64,000 bases of DNA from Bdellovibrionia bacterium (GTDB taxonomy: Bacteria > Bdellovibrionota > Bdellovibrionia > Bdellovibrionales > JAGQZY01). Below, in pieces: positions 54,091 through 63,540 of this stretch. Location: positions 55,223-119,222 of the forward strand of contig JAUHWN010000001.1 of the NCBI GenBank assembly GCA_030424665.1, in the 5' to 3' direction. A model generated the notes under the pieces. It saw only the letters and a program-made list of their open reading frames with translations, did not search any database and was not told where the DNA came from. The first letter of the stretch is position 1. The number at the start of each line of letters is the position of its first letter. The position numbers and the translations under genes are program-made.

Positions 54091-54435
54091 ATGTCTAAAT
54101 ATCAAATTTACCACAATCCAAGATGCAGTAAGAGCCGACAAACTCTAGAACTTCTCGAGTCTGAGGGTATTAAACCGGAAATCATCGATTACCTTAAAGA
54201 CCCTCTCAGTGAAGCGGAAGTTTTAGCGCTTCTAGGGAAGCTCAACTCTAATCCTCAGTCATTGGTTCGAACAAAAGAAGATGTTTTTAAAGAGAATAAT
54301 TTCGACATCGATACGACAGAAGCCATCGCTAAAGTGATCGCAAAGCACCCTCAGCTTATGGAGCGACCCGTTGTCGTCAAGGGTGACCAAGCGGTATTAG
54401 GACGCCCCCCGGAAAATATTAAAAGTCTCTTTTAA
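54091..54435 (+). CDS. arsC: arsenate reductase (glutaredoxin-type) / ArsC-Spx family
   Basis: 114 aa. IYHNPRCSKSRQTLELL with catalytic Cys, ...ERPVVV...LGRPPE. Confidence 0.8.
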   Translation: MSKYQIYHNPRCSKSRQTLELLESEGIKPEIIDYLKDPLSEAEVLALLGKLNSNPQSLVRTKEDVFKENNFDIDTTEAIAKVIAKHPQLMERPVVVKGDQAVLGRPPENIKSLF

Positions 54436-54437
54436 CA

Positions 54438-54773
54438 ATGAGCCGAAAAAAATACGCAAAATTAGAAAAATACAGTTTTCGAGGAACAATCTGGAAAAGC
54501 AGAGGACTTGGCGGGTGGCATTTTGTCACCTTACCGAAGTCCGTATCTGTAAAGATTCGCAAAAACCATGGCCGTGATGAAGAGGGCTGGGGGAGACTTA
54601 AAGCGACCGCGGTCATCAATGAAACCGAATGGACAACCGCAATTTGGTTTGATACCAAGGCAGAAAGCTATCTCCTACCTGTTAAGACATCTGTTCGAAA
54701 AGCAGAATCTCTCGCGATAGATTCCAAAATCAGCGGCACCCTGATTTTGACCAAAGAAAATTCTAGCTGGTAA
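54438..54773 (+). CDS. DUF1905 domain protein
   Basis: 111 aa. F.GTIWKS.GLGGWHFVTLP pattern. Confidence 0.65.
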   Translation: MSRKKYAKLEKYSFRGTIWKSRGLGGWHFVTLPKSVSVKIRKNHGRDEEGWGRLKATAVINETEWTTAIWFDTKAESYLLPVKTSVRKAESLAIDSKISGTLILTKENSSW

Positions 54774-54775
54774 GA

Positions 54776-55285
54776 TTAAGTAAACCACTTCTTATGTTCA
54801 ATGATCATACAATGATTGGATACGACTTTAATTCCGGCGGCTTCAGCTCTCTTTTCGGCCTCTTCATTTTCGATACCTAATTGCAGCCACATCACTTCAA
54901 CTCCGCCCACTTCTAAGATCTCATCGACAAGACCTGGAATATTATTGGACGCCCTAAAAACATTCACAAACTTTCGATAAGCCTCTGGCACTTCTTTTAA
55001 ACTCTTATAAATTTGAAAGCCATTTTCACTATGAGGTTTCGGGTAAACTCCCACCATCTCCCAAGAATGTTCGCGCATGTAGGCCGGAACGTAATGACTG
55101 GCCTTATTTTCATCAGGACTCAACCCATAGACCGTGTACTGTTTATACTGTTCCATTAAGCTTTTTATCTCACTATCAGCAACGTTCACGATGACCTCTT
55201 CTGAATCAAATACTAATATGGTATTCATATCGACATCAATATTGCTTGTCAAAACCAAGAAGATCCCTCCATTGCTGAAGCTCAA
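54776..55285 (-). CDS. CoA-binding domain protein (YccU/YneT-like)
   Basis: 169-aa ORF (start may be ATG 55228). Contains Y.SL.EVP...V.VFR....P..V.E....G....W.Q.G.ENEEA...A...GI.VV...C. Confidence 0.7.
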   Translation of the reverse strand: MSFSNGGIFLVLTSNIDVDMNTILVFDSEEVIVNVADSEIKSLMEQYKQYTVYGLSPDENKASHYVPAYMREHSWEMVGVYPKPHSENGFQIYKSLKEVPEAYRKFVNVFRASNNIPGLVDEILEVGGVEVMWLQLGIENEEAEKRAEAAGIKVVSNHCMIIEHKKWFT

Positions 55286-55382
55286 AGAAAGCTAATTGCG
55301 CACGCTCAGGGCTGAAAACCTCTATTTACTTGATCATTTCATTCATTCCCATCTACAATCCAGTCAAATCAAAGGAGAACTC

Positions 55383-55919
55383 TTGAAAAGAATTACCTTT
55401 ATAAAAATCCATCTCTACCTCTCCGGTGTCGCCATCGTTTTTATGGGCTTAATGGCTACCTCCGGAGCCCTTCACCTTTTAGCTGGCAACGAAGATGTAG
55501 AATCTAAGAACGTGAAGACTATAACCCTAGAATCAGATATGGATAAGGACCAGCTGACCACTCTTTTTGAGAACGAATTAAAAAGCATCGATGAGAACTA
55601 TAGTTTTGACTACATTAAAGGAAGTAATAAATCTCTTACAGCCCGACCGACTTCGCGAACCTACTACACAATTAAAGTTCAAGAAAACCAAGCTCTCATT
55701 GAAAAACATATTCCATCGATTCGATTGAGTCTTATGGAACTCCATAAGGGTCATGGTCCACGGACCTCTCGCCCGATACTTGGCATACTTGGTTTGATTG
55801 TTATTGGCGCAGTTCTTAGTGGCCTATGGTTGGGCTGGAGTTCCCCTCAATTTCGCAAAATAACAATTGCAACAGGGATCAGTGGTGCACTTATCTACTT
55901 TGGCCTTTTTCTTCTTTGA
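55383..55919 (+). CDS. membrane protein, unknown function
   Basis: Start set at TTG 55383 (AAAGGAG RBS 5 nt upstream). Two predicted TM segments (N- and C-terminal). Confidence 0.4.
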   Translation: MKRITFIKIHLYLSGVAIVFMGLMATSGALHLLAGNEDVESKNVKTITLESDMDKDQLTTLFENELKSIDENYSFDYIKGSNKSLTARPTSRTYYTIKVQENQALIEKHIPSIRLSLMELHKGHGPRTSRPILGILGLIVIGAVLSGLWLGWSSPQFRKITIATGISGALIYFGLFLL

Positions 55920-55945
55920 GTTCATCGTCCGTGAAGCCAAAGAGA

Positions 55946-56521
55946 ATGGGTGAAAACCTGGATAAAGTTGAAATCAAATCAAAAAGTCAGCTGCGAAAGT
56001 GGCTTGCTAGTAATCACACTTCTGATAAAAGCTACTGGCTGATTTCATATAAGAAATCTCATACTGACTTTTATGTAAGCTGGGGCGATTTGGTCGATCA
56101 ACTTTTGTGCTTTGGCTGGATTGATAGTGTGATAAACAAAGTTGATGAACATCGAACGATGCGCCTGATTTCAAAGAGAAAAGCGGGGAGCATATGGTCC
56201 CTAGTTAATAAAAATAAGGTCTCTCAACTCATCAAAGAGGGTCAAATGACTCCCGCTGGATTAAAAGTTATTGAGCGAGCAAAAGAAGATGGTAGCTGGA
56301 ACTTTTTAGACGAAATTGACCAACTCATTATTCCGAGGGACTTAATGTCTGAACTCAAACTCTATCCCCATGCCCTTAGCTATTTCGAAGAATTTCCAAA
56401 AAGCATAAAACGGGGCATACTCTACTGGATAAAGTCCGCTAGAAAACCAGAAACTCGCGAAAGTCGAATTATTGAAACGGCCCTATTAGCTAGCGAAAAT
56501 ATTAGGGCTAATAGCAATTAA
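55946..56521 (+). CDS. YdeI/OmpD-associated family protein
   Basis: Start set at ATG 55946 (MGENLDKVEIKSKSQLRKWL...). WLISYKK...WGDLVDQLLCFGWIDS and a C-terminal RIIETALLA-type helix. Confidence 0.65.
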   Translation: MGENLDKVEIKSKSQLRKWLASNHTSDKSYWLISYKKSHTDFYVSWGDLVDQLLCFGWIDSVINKVDEHRTMRLISKRKAGSIWSLVNKNKVSQLIKEGQMTPAGLKVIERAKEDGSWNFLDEIDQLIIPRDLMSELKLYPHALSYFEEFPKSIKRGILYWIKSARKPETRESRIIETALLASENIRANSN

Positions 56522-56583
56522 ATTCCTTTAAAAAGTCTAAGTTTTATTTAAAATCATAGGTATCGTACTTTTTGAGGAGCAAC

Positions 56584-56853
56584 ATGGATTGGCAGGTTTT
56601 TACGACGACATTCACCATGATATTTATAGCCGAAATGGGCGATAAAACTCAGTTTGCGGCTCTAGCGGCATCGGCAGGGTCTAAATCGACATTCTCGGTT
56701 CTACTCGCTGTCGTATTAGCCTTGTCTATTGCTGGTATTCTTGGAGTTGTTGCCGGAAAGTACCTTGGGGAATTCTTGAACCCACAATATATTAAATGGG
56801 TCAGCGGAACTCTATTCATTGGCATCGGCCTTTGGATATTAATAGGAAAGTAA
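56584..56853 (+). CDS. UPF0016 / GDT1 (TMEM165) family half-size membrane protein
   Basis: Start at ATG 56584 (GAGGAG RBS). Signature E-x-G-D-K-T (FIAEMGDKTQFAALA). Confidence 0.8.
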   Translation: MDWQVFTTTFTMIFIAEMGDKTQFAALAASAGSKSTFSVLLAVVLALSIAGILGVVAGKYLGEFLNPQYIKWVSGTLFIGIGLWILIGK

Positions 56854-57282
56854 CTATCTACCTGGCAAAGTATAAGATGCGGTTGCCTGGGCTACCGGCT
56901 CTTCTTTGCCCTCTGAAAAGAGTTCAACTTGCCCTACTACCAGTGTCTTGCCCATCTTTAGAAGTTTGCAACGAGCAATTAAGTCCTTATCTCCCTCTGG
57001 CTTTCTGAGAAAATTGATCGTGAGCTGAATTGTCACGGCACCGTAGTTGCCAGTTTCCCCTAAAATAGCCACATAGATTGCAGCGTCAGCTAGGGTCATC
57101 ATCGTGGGGCCCGATACCGTGTTCCCGGGTCTATGGTCGCTCGCTTTTACTTTTTTGCGAACAATCGAACTCTCCCCTCCTGTGTGTTCAACGACCAGAT
57201 TATTTTGCGGAAACTCGTCATCTAAGAATTTTTGAATATTCTCTATCATAGGCGGCCTTTTTAAACTCTCCCAAAAATCCAA
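56854..57282 (-). CDS. PaaI-family hotdog-fold thioesterase
   Basis: 142 aa. N..G.VSGPTMMTLADAA and a C-terminal beta-sheet pattern. Confidence 0.75.
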   Translation of the reverse strand: MDFWESLKRPPMIENIQKFLDDEFPQNNLVVEHTGGESSIVRKKVKASDHRPGNTVSGPTMMTLADAAIYVAILGETGNYGAVTIQLTINFLRKPEGDKDLIARCKLLKMGKTLVVGQVELFSEGKEEPVAQATASYTLPGR

Positions 57283-57387
57283 TGTTCGGGAGATATAATA
57301 CCAGATTATCTATTTGAACTCAGTCTAAGGCATGGTAGAAAATGAGGCTATTAGAAAAACCAACTCTTCAAAGGGGAAGGCAAATAA

Positions 57388-58476
57388 ATGAGACTATTTT
57401 ATAAACTACTTTTACTCGCCTTTTCACTACTACATTTTGCTTCCTGCATCACTGAATCTGACTCAGGACCTAATGAACCCTTTGAAGAGTTTCAGAATTC
57501 ATCTCTCAATGGAATTTGGGTCGATGAAAATCTCTATACGTGTATGTTTCCATCAAAACAGAAACTCGATTGTGATCGCCTCGCTCTTAACGAGTGGAGT
57601 CCAAGTTTAACAAGACGTCAAATAGACCCATACAACTATATCATTCAGAACAAAGTCGTTGTTAAAACACATGAAAACGGAAGAGAATTTAAAGCCTATA
57701 CGCTGGACAATAATGGCTTTTCTAAGCCTCGGCAGATTAGTAATCGAGACTCGTCTGGTCAATATTGGATTCAACGCAAGAATCAATTCGAATTACCTGC
57801 CCAATCCAATACCCTGCTGTTTCATCATCTAGAAACTGAGAAACTCCCAGAAAAAGACCTTATAAACATAGAATATAAAGTTGTTAAAACTCGGCATTTC
57901 AAGAAAGTAACCGAAGATGAATTTAAAGTCATAGAGGCTTTCTATAGAGACATGTCTGTCAATGGTCCCTTTAGTCCTCATAATAAACATCGCGAAAAAG
58001 AAATCATTAAAAAACAAGCCGATTTACTTCAAGAAATCATTCCTCAAGACAGCGATAGTCCGCATACGATTGCGAGTGAGTACTCTGGAGGTGGCTTTCC
58101 TCTTAGGTTTAGTGAAGAACTCGTCGATGCCTGGAGTAGAAGAGAAGATAACTCTCGTCACTTGCATCTCTACCAAGGTAAAATTTCCTTTGATCTCATT
58201 TATCTTTATGGGGTTCCTATTTGTGTAATGTTTCCAGAAGGTGGTCCCCTTTCTTCTGATCAAGAATACATAGCCGAAATGGATTCTATTTTTGAACGGG
58301 ACAGCGTTGCCACCTTTTACGTTTACGCAAATGTCCCCTCAAACCACCCTAGTTGGAGAAAACTAGCACTCCGACTGTACTGTAAAAAGTCCTATAGTAA
58401 TGATCTGATACTTTTTTCCGATTTAGAGTATAGTCTCAGGGGTTTAATCTCGATCAGCCAAGAACACATTCACTAA
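57388..58476 (+). CDS. lipoprotein, unknown function
   Basis: 362 aa. Signal + LLHFASC lipobox. No recognised domain. Confidence 0.5.
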   Translation: MRLFYKLLLLAFSLLHFASCITESDSGPNEPFEEFQNSSLNGIWVDENLYTCMFPSKQKLDCDRLALNEWSPSLTRRQIDPYNYIIQNKVVVKTHENGREFKAYTLDNNGFSKPRQISNRDSSGQYWIQRKNQFELPAQSNTLLFHHLETEKLPEKDLINIEYKVVKTRHFKKVTEDEFKVIEAFYRDMSVNGPFSPHNKHREKEIIKKQADLLQEIIPQDSDSPHTIASEYSGGGFPLRFSEELVDAWSRREDNSRHLHLYQGKISFDLIYLYGVPICVMFPEGGPLSSDQEYIAEMDSIFERDSVATFYVYANVPSNHPSWRKLALRLYCKKSYSNDLILFSDLEYSLRGLISISQEHIH

Positions 58477-58495
58477 TCCAATACGGAGAACATTA

Positions 58496-59134
58496 ATGAG
58501 AGTCCTTTTGCTCGGAGCTACCGGCCTCGTCGGAAGCAAAGTTTTAGATTTACTTTTGCAGGATCCTCAAGTGAGTAAGGTCAATGTTCTATCGAGAAGA
58601 CCTACCGGCAATGTAGATCCGAAGCTCGAAGAGTTTCTTGGCTCCCTTCACGAAATGAACAATTCACCTGAAGCCTTTGCCGTTGATGCCGTTCTTTGTT
58701 GCCTAGGTACGACTATAAAAAAAGCCGGGAGCCAAGATAAATTCAAACTCGTCGACTACGAATTCCCCTTGCAAGCAGCTCAAATCGCAAAAGAAAAGGG
58801 AATTGAAAAGTTCGCAGTTATAACGGCACTTGGCTCTAACGCCGATTCAAAAATATTTTATAACAAAGTAAAGGGCGAACTCGAACGAGACCTTATTCAA
58901 CTGGGACTGAAAAATCTATTTATTATTCGCCCATCTATTATTGTTGGAGAGCGAAAAGAAAGTCGCCCCGGTGAAGCGATCGGTATAGTCGCAGCAAAAA
59001 TCCTTAGCCCCCTTTTTATTGGCCCTCTTAAAAAGTATGGCGGCTCAAAAGTGAGTGATATTGCCCACTTAATGATTTCCCTGGTGAAGGGCGATCACTT
59101 TGCGAGCTCCATTGAATTTGCGAACTTCTCCTAA
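58496..59134 (+). CDS. NAD(P)H-binding oxidoreductase (atypical SDR, HTATIP2-like)
   Basis: 212 aa. Rossmann motif LLGATGLVGSKV. Confidence 0.8.
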   Translation: MRVLLLGATGLVGSKVLDLLLQDPQVSKVNVLSRRPTGNVDPKLEEFLGSLHEMNNSPEAFAVDAVLCCLGTTIKKAGSQDKFKLVDYEFPLQAAQIAKEKGIEKFAVITALGSNADSKIFYNKVKGELERDLIQLGLKNLFIIRPSIIVGERKESRPGEAIGIVAAKILSPLFIGPLKKYGGSKVSDIAHLMISLVKGDHFASSIEFANFS

Positions 59135-59211
59135 AATTTGCTGCTTTTGACCACCAATTCGGTACTTCGAGACTGCAAAGTATGCTATGAAATCAAAAAA
59201 AGGGAGAAACT

Positions 59212-59802
59212 ATGAAACTCTTGATTTCACTTATTTCTATTCTATTTATCGGAGCGGCTTGTGCCCATAAAAAGGAAATGAAGGTTAATACCAGCGAAAC
59301 AACCCCTGGAACTACTGTCAATTGGGGAGGTAAACCTCTTAAGCTCCATCAAGGCAAAATAGCTATAGGAGATGATCTCAATGCATTGGCACAAAAGACC
59401 GACGTTAAGTTCCCTTTCAATAACAAGGTCACGGTCATCAGCATTGTACCTTCAATAGATACCGTGGTCTGTGAGGAACAAACACACATCCTTGGAGAAA
59501 CAAAGAAGCTCAAGCCAGGGATTGACCGCATCGTTCTCAGTCGTGACCTACCAATGGCTCAAAAGCGATTTGCCAAAGAAGCAAAGCTCGAAAACCTCTC
59601 TTATGTTTCAGATTATAAAACAGCTTCCTTCGGAAAGACCACGGGACTCCTCGTTGAAAAAAGTGCCCTTCTCGCCCGTGGAGTTATCGTCGTCGATGAA
59701 AAAGGCAAAGTTTCTTACATGCAGATTGTTTCTGAGTTATCTGAACTCCCTGACATGGACAAGGCATTTGAGTTTGCCAATAAACTCTCAACGAAAAACT
59801 AG
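59212..59802 (+). CDS. tpx: thiol peroxidase (Tpx-type peroxiredoxin) with lipoprotein signal
   Basis: 196 aa. Lipobox FIGAAC, peroxidatic site SIVPSIDTVVCEEQ. Confidence 0.85.
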   Translation: MKLLISLISILFIGAACAHKKEMKVNTSETTPGTTVNWGGKPLKLHQGKIAIGDDLNALAQKTDVKFPFNNKVTVISIVPSIDTVVCEEQTHILGETKKLKPGIDRIVLSRDLPMAQKRFAKEAKLENLSYVSDYKTASFGKTTGLLVEKSALLARGVIVVDEKGKVSYMQIVSELSELPDMDKAFEFANKLSTKN

Positions 59803-59820
59803 AAAAAATCTTCTACTCTG

Positions 59821-61560
59821 ATGAAATATAGTGAAACTAAGAAAATCGTAAGTAGGCTTCTACAGTTTGTTAAGCCTGAAAAAAAGCTCCTCATCTGGGG
59901 AACTCTTTTTTTGGGACTTGGATCCGCAGCATCACTGATTTTCCCACAAATGGTACGCATCATGGTGGACGAGGCTGTCGAAAACAAATCGACTGAACTG
60001 GTGAACCGTCTTGGTCTCTATATGGTGGCTATCTTAGTTGTCTCGTCCATAGCCGTTGCTCTTCGCTATTACCTTTTTACTCTTGCTGGCGAACGAATCG
60101 TCAGACACATTAGGAAGTCACTTTTTGAACGAATGCTCGCCCAAGAAATTGGGTTCTTTGATGATCAAATGACTGGCGACCTCTTAAGTCGCCTCAACAC
60201 GGATGCAGCACTTTTGCAAAATACATTAAGTGTGAATATCTCAATGGCCCTTCGCAATTTTACAGCAGCGACGGGTGGTTTTATTTTGCTTTTTTATACT
60301 TCTCCATCGCTGACCATTGCGATGCTGGCAGCTCTTCCGCCAGCGGCGTTCATGGCGGCTCGTTTTGGCAAGAAAGTTCGAAGTCAGTCTCAGGCCGTGC
60401 AAGAGGCACTGGGTAATTCCAGCGCCGTTGCCGACGAGTCTATTTCAAATATTCGCACAGTGAGAGCTTTTGCCGCCGAAACGACTGAACACCACCGATT
60501 TCAAAAAGCCCTCGATACAGCACTCGAAAAAGCCAGACAAAAGATCCGCACCATTGCCGAGTTTTCTGGGACTCTTTCGGTCCTTGGCCTTACGGCAATT
60601 GCCGCCATTCTCTGGTACGGAGCTCACTTGGTCATCAGCGGTGAACTCACCATGGGAACTCTTTCGGCATATATTCTCTATACAATGACAGTGGCTGTAT
60701 CAGTGGCTACCCTTGGTGGCCTATGGACAGATTTTATGTCGGCCATCGGTGCTGCCAGTCGTATCTTTCAAATTATAGACAATGAACCAAGTATAAAGAA
60801 TACCGGCGGAGACACACTTCAAAATTTAAAAGGCGACATCGATCTAGAAAACATTCAGTTTTCATACCCCACACGACCCGATGTTGAAGTTTTTAAAAAT
60901 CTCAACCTTTCTATTGAGGCTGGTGAGGTCGTCGCTTTGGTTGGTCCCTCTGGAAGTGGTAAATCGACAATCGCCGCCCTCATTCAACGTTTCTACGATC
61001 CAACCAAAGGGAAGGTATCTCTCGATGGCAGGGACTTGCACGAGCTTGATCCCAGTTGGCTCCGCGGACAAATCGGAACTGTCTCCCAAGAGCCAGTATT
61101 GATGTCGACTTCGATTAGGGAAAATATTGCTTATGGCAACCCTGAAGCTACGGACGAACAAATTAGACAAGCCGCCGCTTCGGCCAATGCACTTAGTTTT
61201 ATAGAAAAATTTCCGGAGTCTTTCGAAACTAAAGTTGGGGAGCGCGGAGTTCAGCTCTCTGGAGGACAGAAACAACGGATTGCAATTGCTCGAGCGACTT
61301 TAAAAGATCCGCGTATTTTAATTCTTGATGAAGCGACTAGCGCATTAGATGCCGAGAGCGAACATCTAGTTCAAGAAGCACTGCAGATACTCATGCAAGG
61401 GCGAACTGTTATTATCATTGCTCACCGACTGTCCACCGTTCGTGAAGCGAATCGCGTCATCTTATTGGACCAAGGTGAAATTAAGCAACAAGGAACCCAC
61501 GAAGAACTCGTGGCAGACACGACGGGACCTTATTACCAGTTGGTACAAAAGCAAATTTAG
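59821..61560 (+). CDS. ABC transporter, fused permease/ATPase (ABCB/MsbA-like exporter)
   Basis: 579 aa. Six-TM N-terminal half, Walker A GPSGSGKST, signature LSGGQKQR, Walker B ILILDEATSALD. Confidence 0.9.
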   Translation: MKYSETKKIVSRLLQFVKPEKKLLIWGTLFLGLGSAASLIFPQMVRIMVDEAVENKSTELVNRLGLYMVAILVVSSIAVALRYYLFTLAGERIVRHIRKSLFERMLAQEIGFFDDQMTGDLLSRLNTDAALLQNTLSVNISMALRNFTAATGGFILLFYTSPSLTIAMLAALPPAAFMAARFGKKVRSQSQAVQEALGNSSAVADESISNIRTVRAFAAETTEHHRFQKALDTALEKARQKIRTIAEFSGTLSVLGLTAIAAILWYGAHLVISGELTMGTLSAYILYTMTVAVSVATLGGLWTDFMSAIGAASRIFQIIDNEPSIKNTGGDTLQNLKGDIDLENIQFSYPTRPDVEVFKNLNLSIEAGEVVALVGPSGSGKSTIAALIQRFYDPTKGKVSLDGRDLHELDPSWLRGQIGTVSQEPVLMSTSIRENIAYGNPEATDEQIRQAAASANALSFIEKFPESFETKVGERGVQLSGGQKQRIAIARATLKDPRILILDEATSALDAESEHLVQEALQILMQGRTVIIIAHRLSTVREANRVILLDQGEIKQQGTHEELVADTTGPYYQLVQKQI

Positions 61561-61572
61561 TTGGGGAATTTT

Positions 61573-62091
61573 ATGATCACACTCATCGTTGGATCCACCG
61601 GAGCGGGCAAAACGACTTATTCTCGAAAATTGGCTAAAGAACTCCCAGCCGTCGTTTACTCCATTGATAATTGGATGAAGTCCATGTTTGGTGACGATAT
61701 GCCCGAAGAACCAAAACCAGAATGGTTTCATGAAAACCACGAATGGTATGTGGCGCGGATCAAACGCTGCGAGGCCCAGATAAAAGATCTCAGCAAAAAC
61801 AGGGCGCAAATCTCTCAGCAAAGTATTTTAGATCTCGGTTTTTCTACAAAAGATCACAGAGAAGACTTCATTAACTTTTTTTCTAAAGAAAACATTCCCG
61901 TCACAATACACTACCTCGATATCGACAAAGGCGAACGAAAGCGCCGAGTAGAATCTCGAAATCGAGAAAAGGGCGACACTTATGTCATGGAAGTTGATGA
62001 CTCACTCTTCGATTTTATGGAGGGTATCTTTGAGCCACCCAGTGACAGCGAGGGCGCACCAGTAAAGGTGCTTAAACAAAGCGGAAACTAA
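61573..62091 (+). CDS. P-loop kinase-like ATP-binding protein (AAA_33/zeta-toxin-like fold)
   Basis: Start at ATG 61573. Walker A GSTGAGKTT. ~170 aa. Confidence 0.6.
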   Translation: MITLIVGSTGAGKTTYSRKLAKELPAVVYSIDNWMKSMFGDDMPEEPKPEWFHENHEWYVARIKRCEAQIKDLSKNRAQISQQSILDLGFSTKDHREDFINFFSKENIPVTIHYLDIDKGERKRRVESRNREKGDTYVMEVDDSLFDFMEGIFEPPSDSEGAPVKVLKQSGN

Positions 62092-62100
62092 TTAGAATCC

Positions 62101-62631
62101 CTAGTTTTCAATATGAGCGGAAAAAGCCTCTACATGTTTCTTTAAGAACTGGATAGTCCCATCGTCAATGAGTCGACCGTCCTTTATTTTGTCGTAGGCT
62201 TTTCCAACCATCACCTCAGGTTTATTTAAAAAGTCGATATTTAGAAAAACGCCGACCTGGCGCAAATGATACTGCATTCTTGCGGTACCAATAGCTCCGG
62301 GACTCGCTCCAATAATTGCAGCAGGCTTTCGATCGAAAGGTTTGTCATCATCCCTTGAAATCCAATCGAGAGCATTTTTTAAACCTCCAGGAATCGAGTA
62401 GTTATACTCTGGAGAGAAAAAAAGAATCCCATCTGCACTTGCGACCTTTCTTGCCAAAGCTGCAACCGAATTGGGTTGATCTTCGATATCTTGATTATAT
62501 AAAGGAAGGTCTTTGATTTCTCCTTCAATCAATTCGAATTGATCGTTTGAAATCTCTTTATATTCATTAAACAGAACTCGATGAATTGAGTCCTTTCTTA
62601 AACTTCCAATAATCCCTACAATTTTTTTCAC
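62101..62631 (-). CDS. NADPH-dependent FMN reductase
   Basis: 176 aa. IIGSLRKDS.HR and SPEYNYSIPGGLKNALDW. Confidence 0.85.
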   Translation of the reverse strand: MKKIVGIIGSLRKDSIHRVLFNEYKEISNDQFELIEGEIKDLPLYNQDIEDQPNSVAALARKVASADGILFFSPEYNYSIPGGLKNALDWISRDDDKPFDRKPAAIIGASPGAIGTARMQYHLRQVGVFLNIDFLNKPEVMVGKAYDKIKDGRLIDDGTIQFLKKHVEAFSAHIEN

Positions 62632-62646
62632 TTTATCTCTCCTACT

Positions 62647-63360
62647 TTAAGCCATTGGGACTTCAATAACTAAAACCTTAGACTCTTTTTTTGCCGAAAC
62701 GGAAAATTTATTGGTATCCTCGAGTGAAAGAGCATCTCTACGCTGAAGCACAGTGCCTCCTACCTCAACTTCTCCCTCCAAAACAAAAATGTATGCACCA
62801 TGACCATTCTCGCGTAAAGGATATTCTACAGACTTATCCCCATCCAAATCTGCGAGTGCGAAATAGGCTTGCTGATTAATCTTTACACCCTCTTCGCTCT
62901 TATCAAGCGGAGAGACCACCGTTTGAAACTGATTTCTTCGTTTTTCGATATCAAAACTTTTTTGATCGTACCTGGGGCTTATTCCCAGCTTTTCAGGCAA
63001 GACCCAAATTTGCAAAAAATTGACCTCTTCTTCTTTAGAATGGTTGTACTCCGAATGGGTGACTCCAGTTCCCGCTGACATCAACTGAACCTCGCCATTT
63101 CGAATAACAGTTTCATTACCCTGGCTATCCTTGTGCTCCAGTGCCCCACTCAGAGGAATTGACACAATTTCCATATCTCGATGGGGGTGGGTTCCGAAAC
63201 CCATGCCGGGTGCAACTCGATCATCATTAATGACTCTCAGGAGTCCAAAACCCATACGTTCGGGGTTGTGATATGAGGCAAAACTAAACGTATGATGGGA
63301 TTTCAGCCATCCATGGTCAGCAACCCCTCTTGTGTCTGCCCTATAGACTACAGTCTTCAT
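62647..63360 (-). CDS. pirin family protein (bicupin)
   Basis: Start set at ATG 63360, preceded by AAAGGAGGA. Contains GFGTHPHRDMEIVS, the cupin metal site. Confidence 0.85.
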   Translation of the reverse strand: MKTVVYRADTRGVADHGWLKSHHTFSFASYHNPERMGFGLLRVINDDRVAPGMGFGTHPHRDMEIVSIPLSGALEHKDSQGNETVIRNGEVQLMSAGTGVTHSEYNHSKEEEVNFLQIWVLPEKLGISPRYDQKSFDIEKRRNQFQTVVSPLDKSEEGVKINQQAYFALADLDGDKSVEYPLRENGHGAYIFVLEGEVEVGGTVLQRRDALSLEDTNKFSVSAKKESKVLVIEVPMA

Positions 63361-63540
63361 ATTTCCTCCTTTCGCCCACCAAGGGCGTAACAATAAGCCC
63401 CCAATAAAAGCAGATAATGATTGAATGAGCACACGTCTTCTCGTTGACTTCATAACTAATCTTACAAAATTTCTTAATATATTGATATTATTATATTACT
63501 ATATACTTAATAGTTTTAAATTATCATTTAGAGGTGTGAA

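Noticed and set aside
55826-55945. Upstream extension of the YdeI-family ORF
   Set aside because: It overlaps the end of the preceding membrane-protein gene. ATG 55946 (MGENLDKVEIK...) gives the expected domain start.
61573-62091. Zeta-toxin-like P-loop kinase considered as a toxin-antitoxin module
   Set aside because: No small antitoxin ORF is adjacent. The gene is tightly coupled to the 3' end of an ABC exporter gene and looks like a generic AAA_33-type kinase.
63361-63453. Tat-like N-terminal extension on pirin (MKSTRRRVLIQSLSAFIGGLLL...) if the ORF starts at 63453
   Set aside because: The internal ATG at 63360 is preceded by a strong AAAGGAGGA RBS and gives the canonical pirin N-terminus (MKTVVYRADTRG...). 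The upstream ATG has no RBS. The extension is probably untranslated, although a periplasmic isoform cannot be excluded without data.
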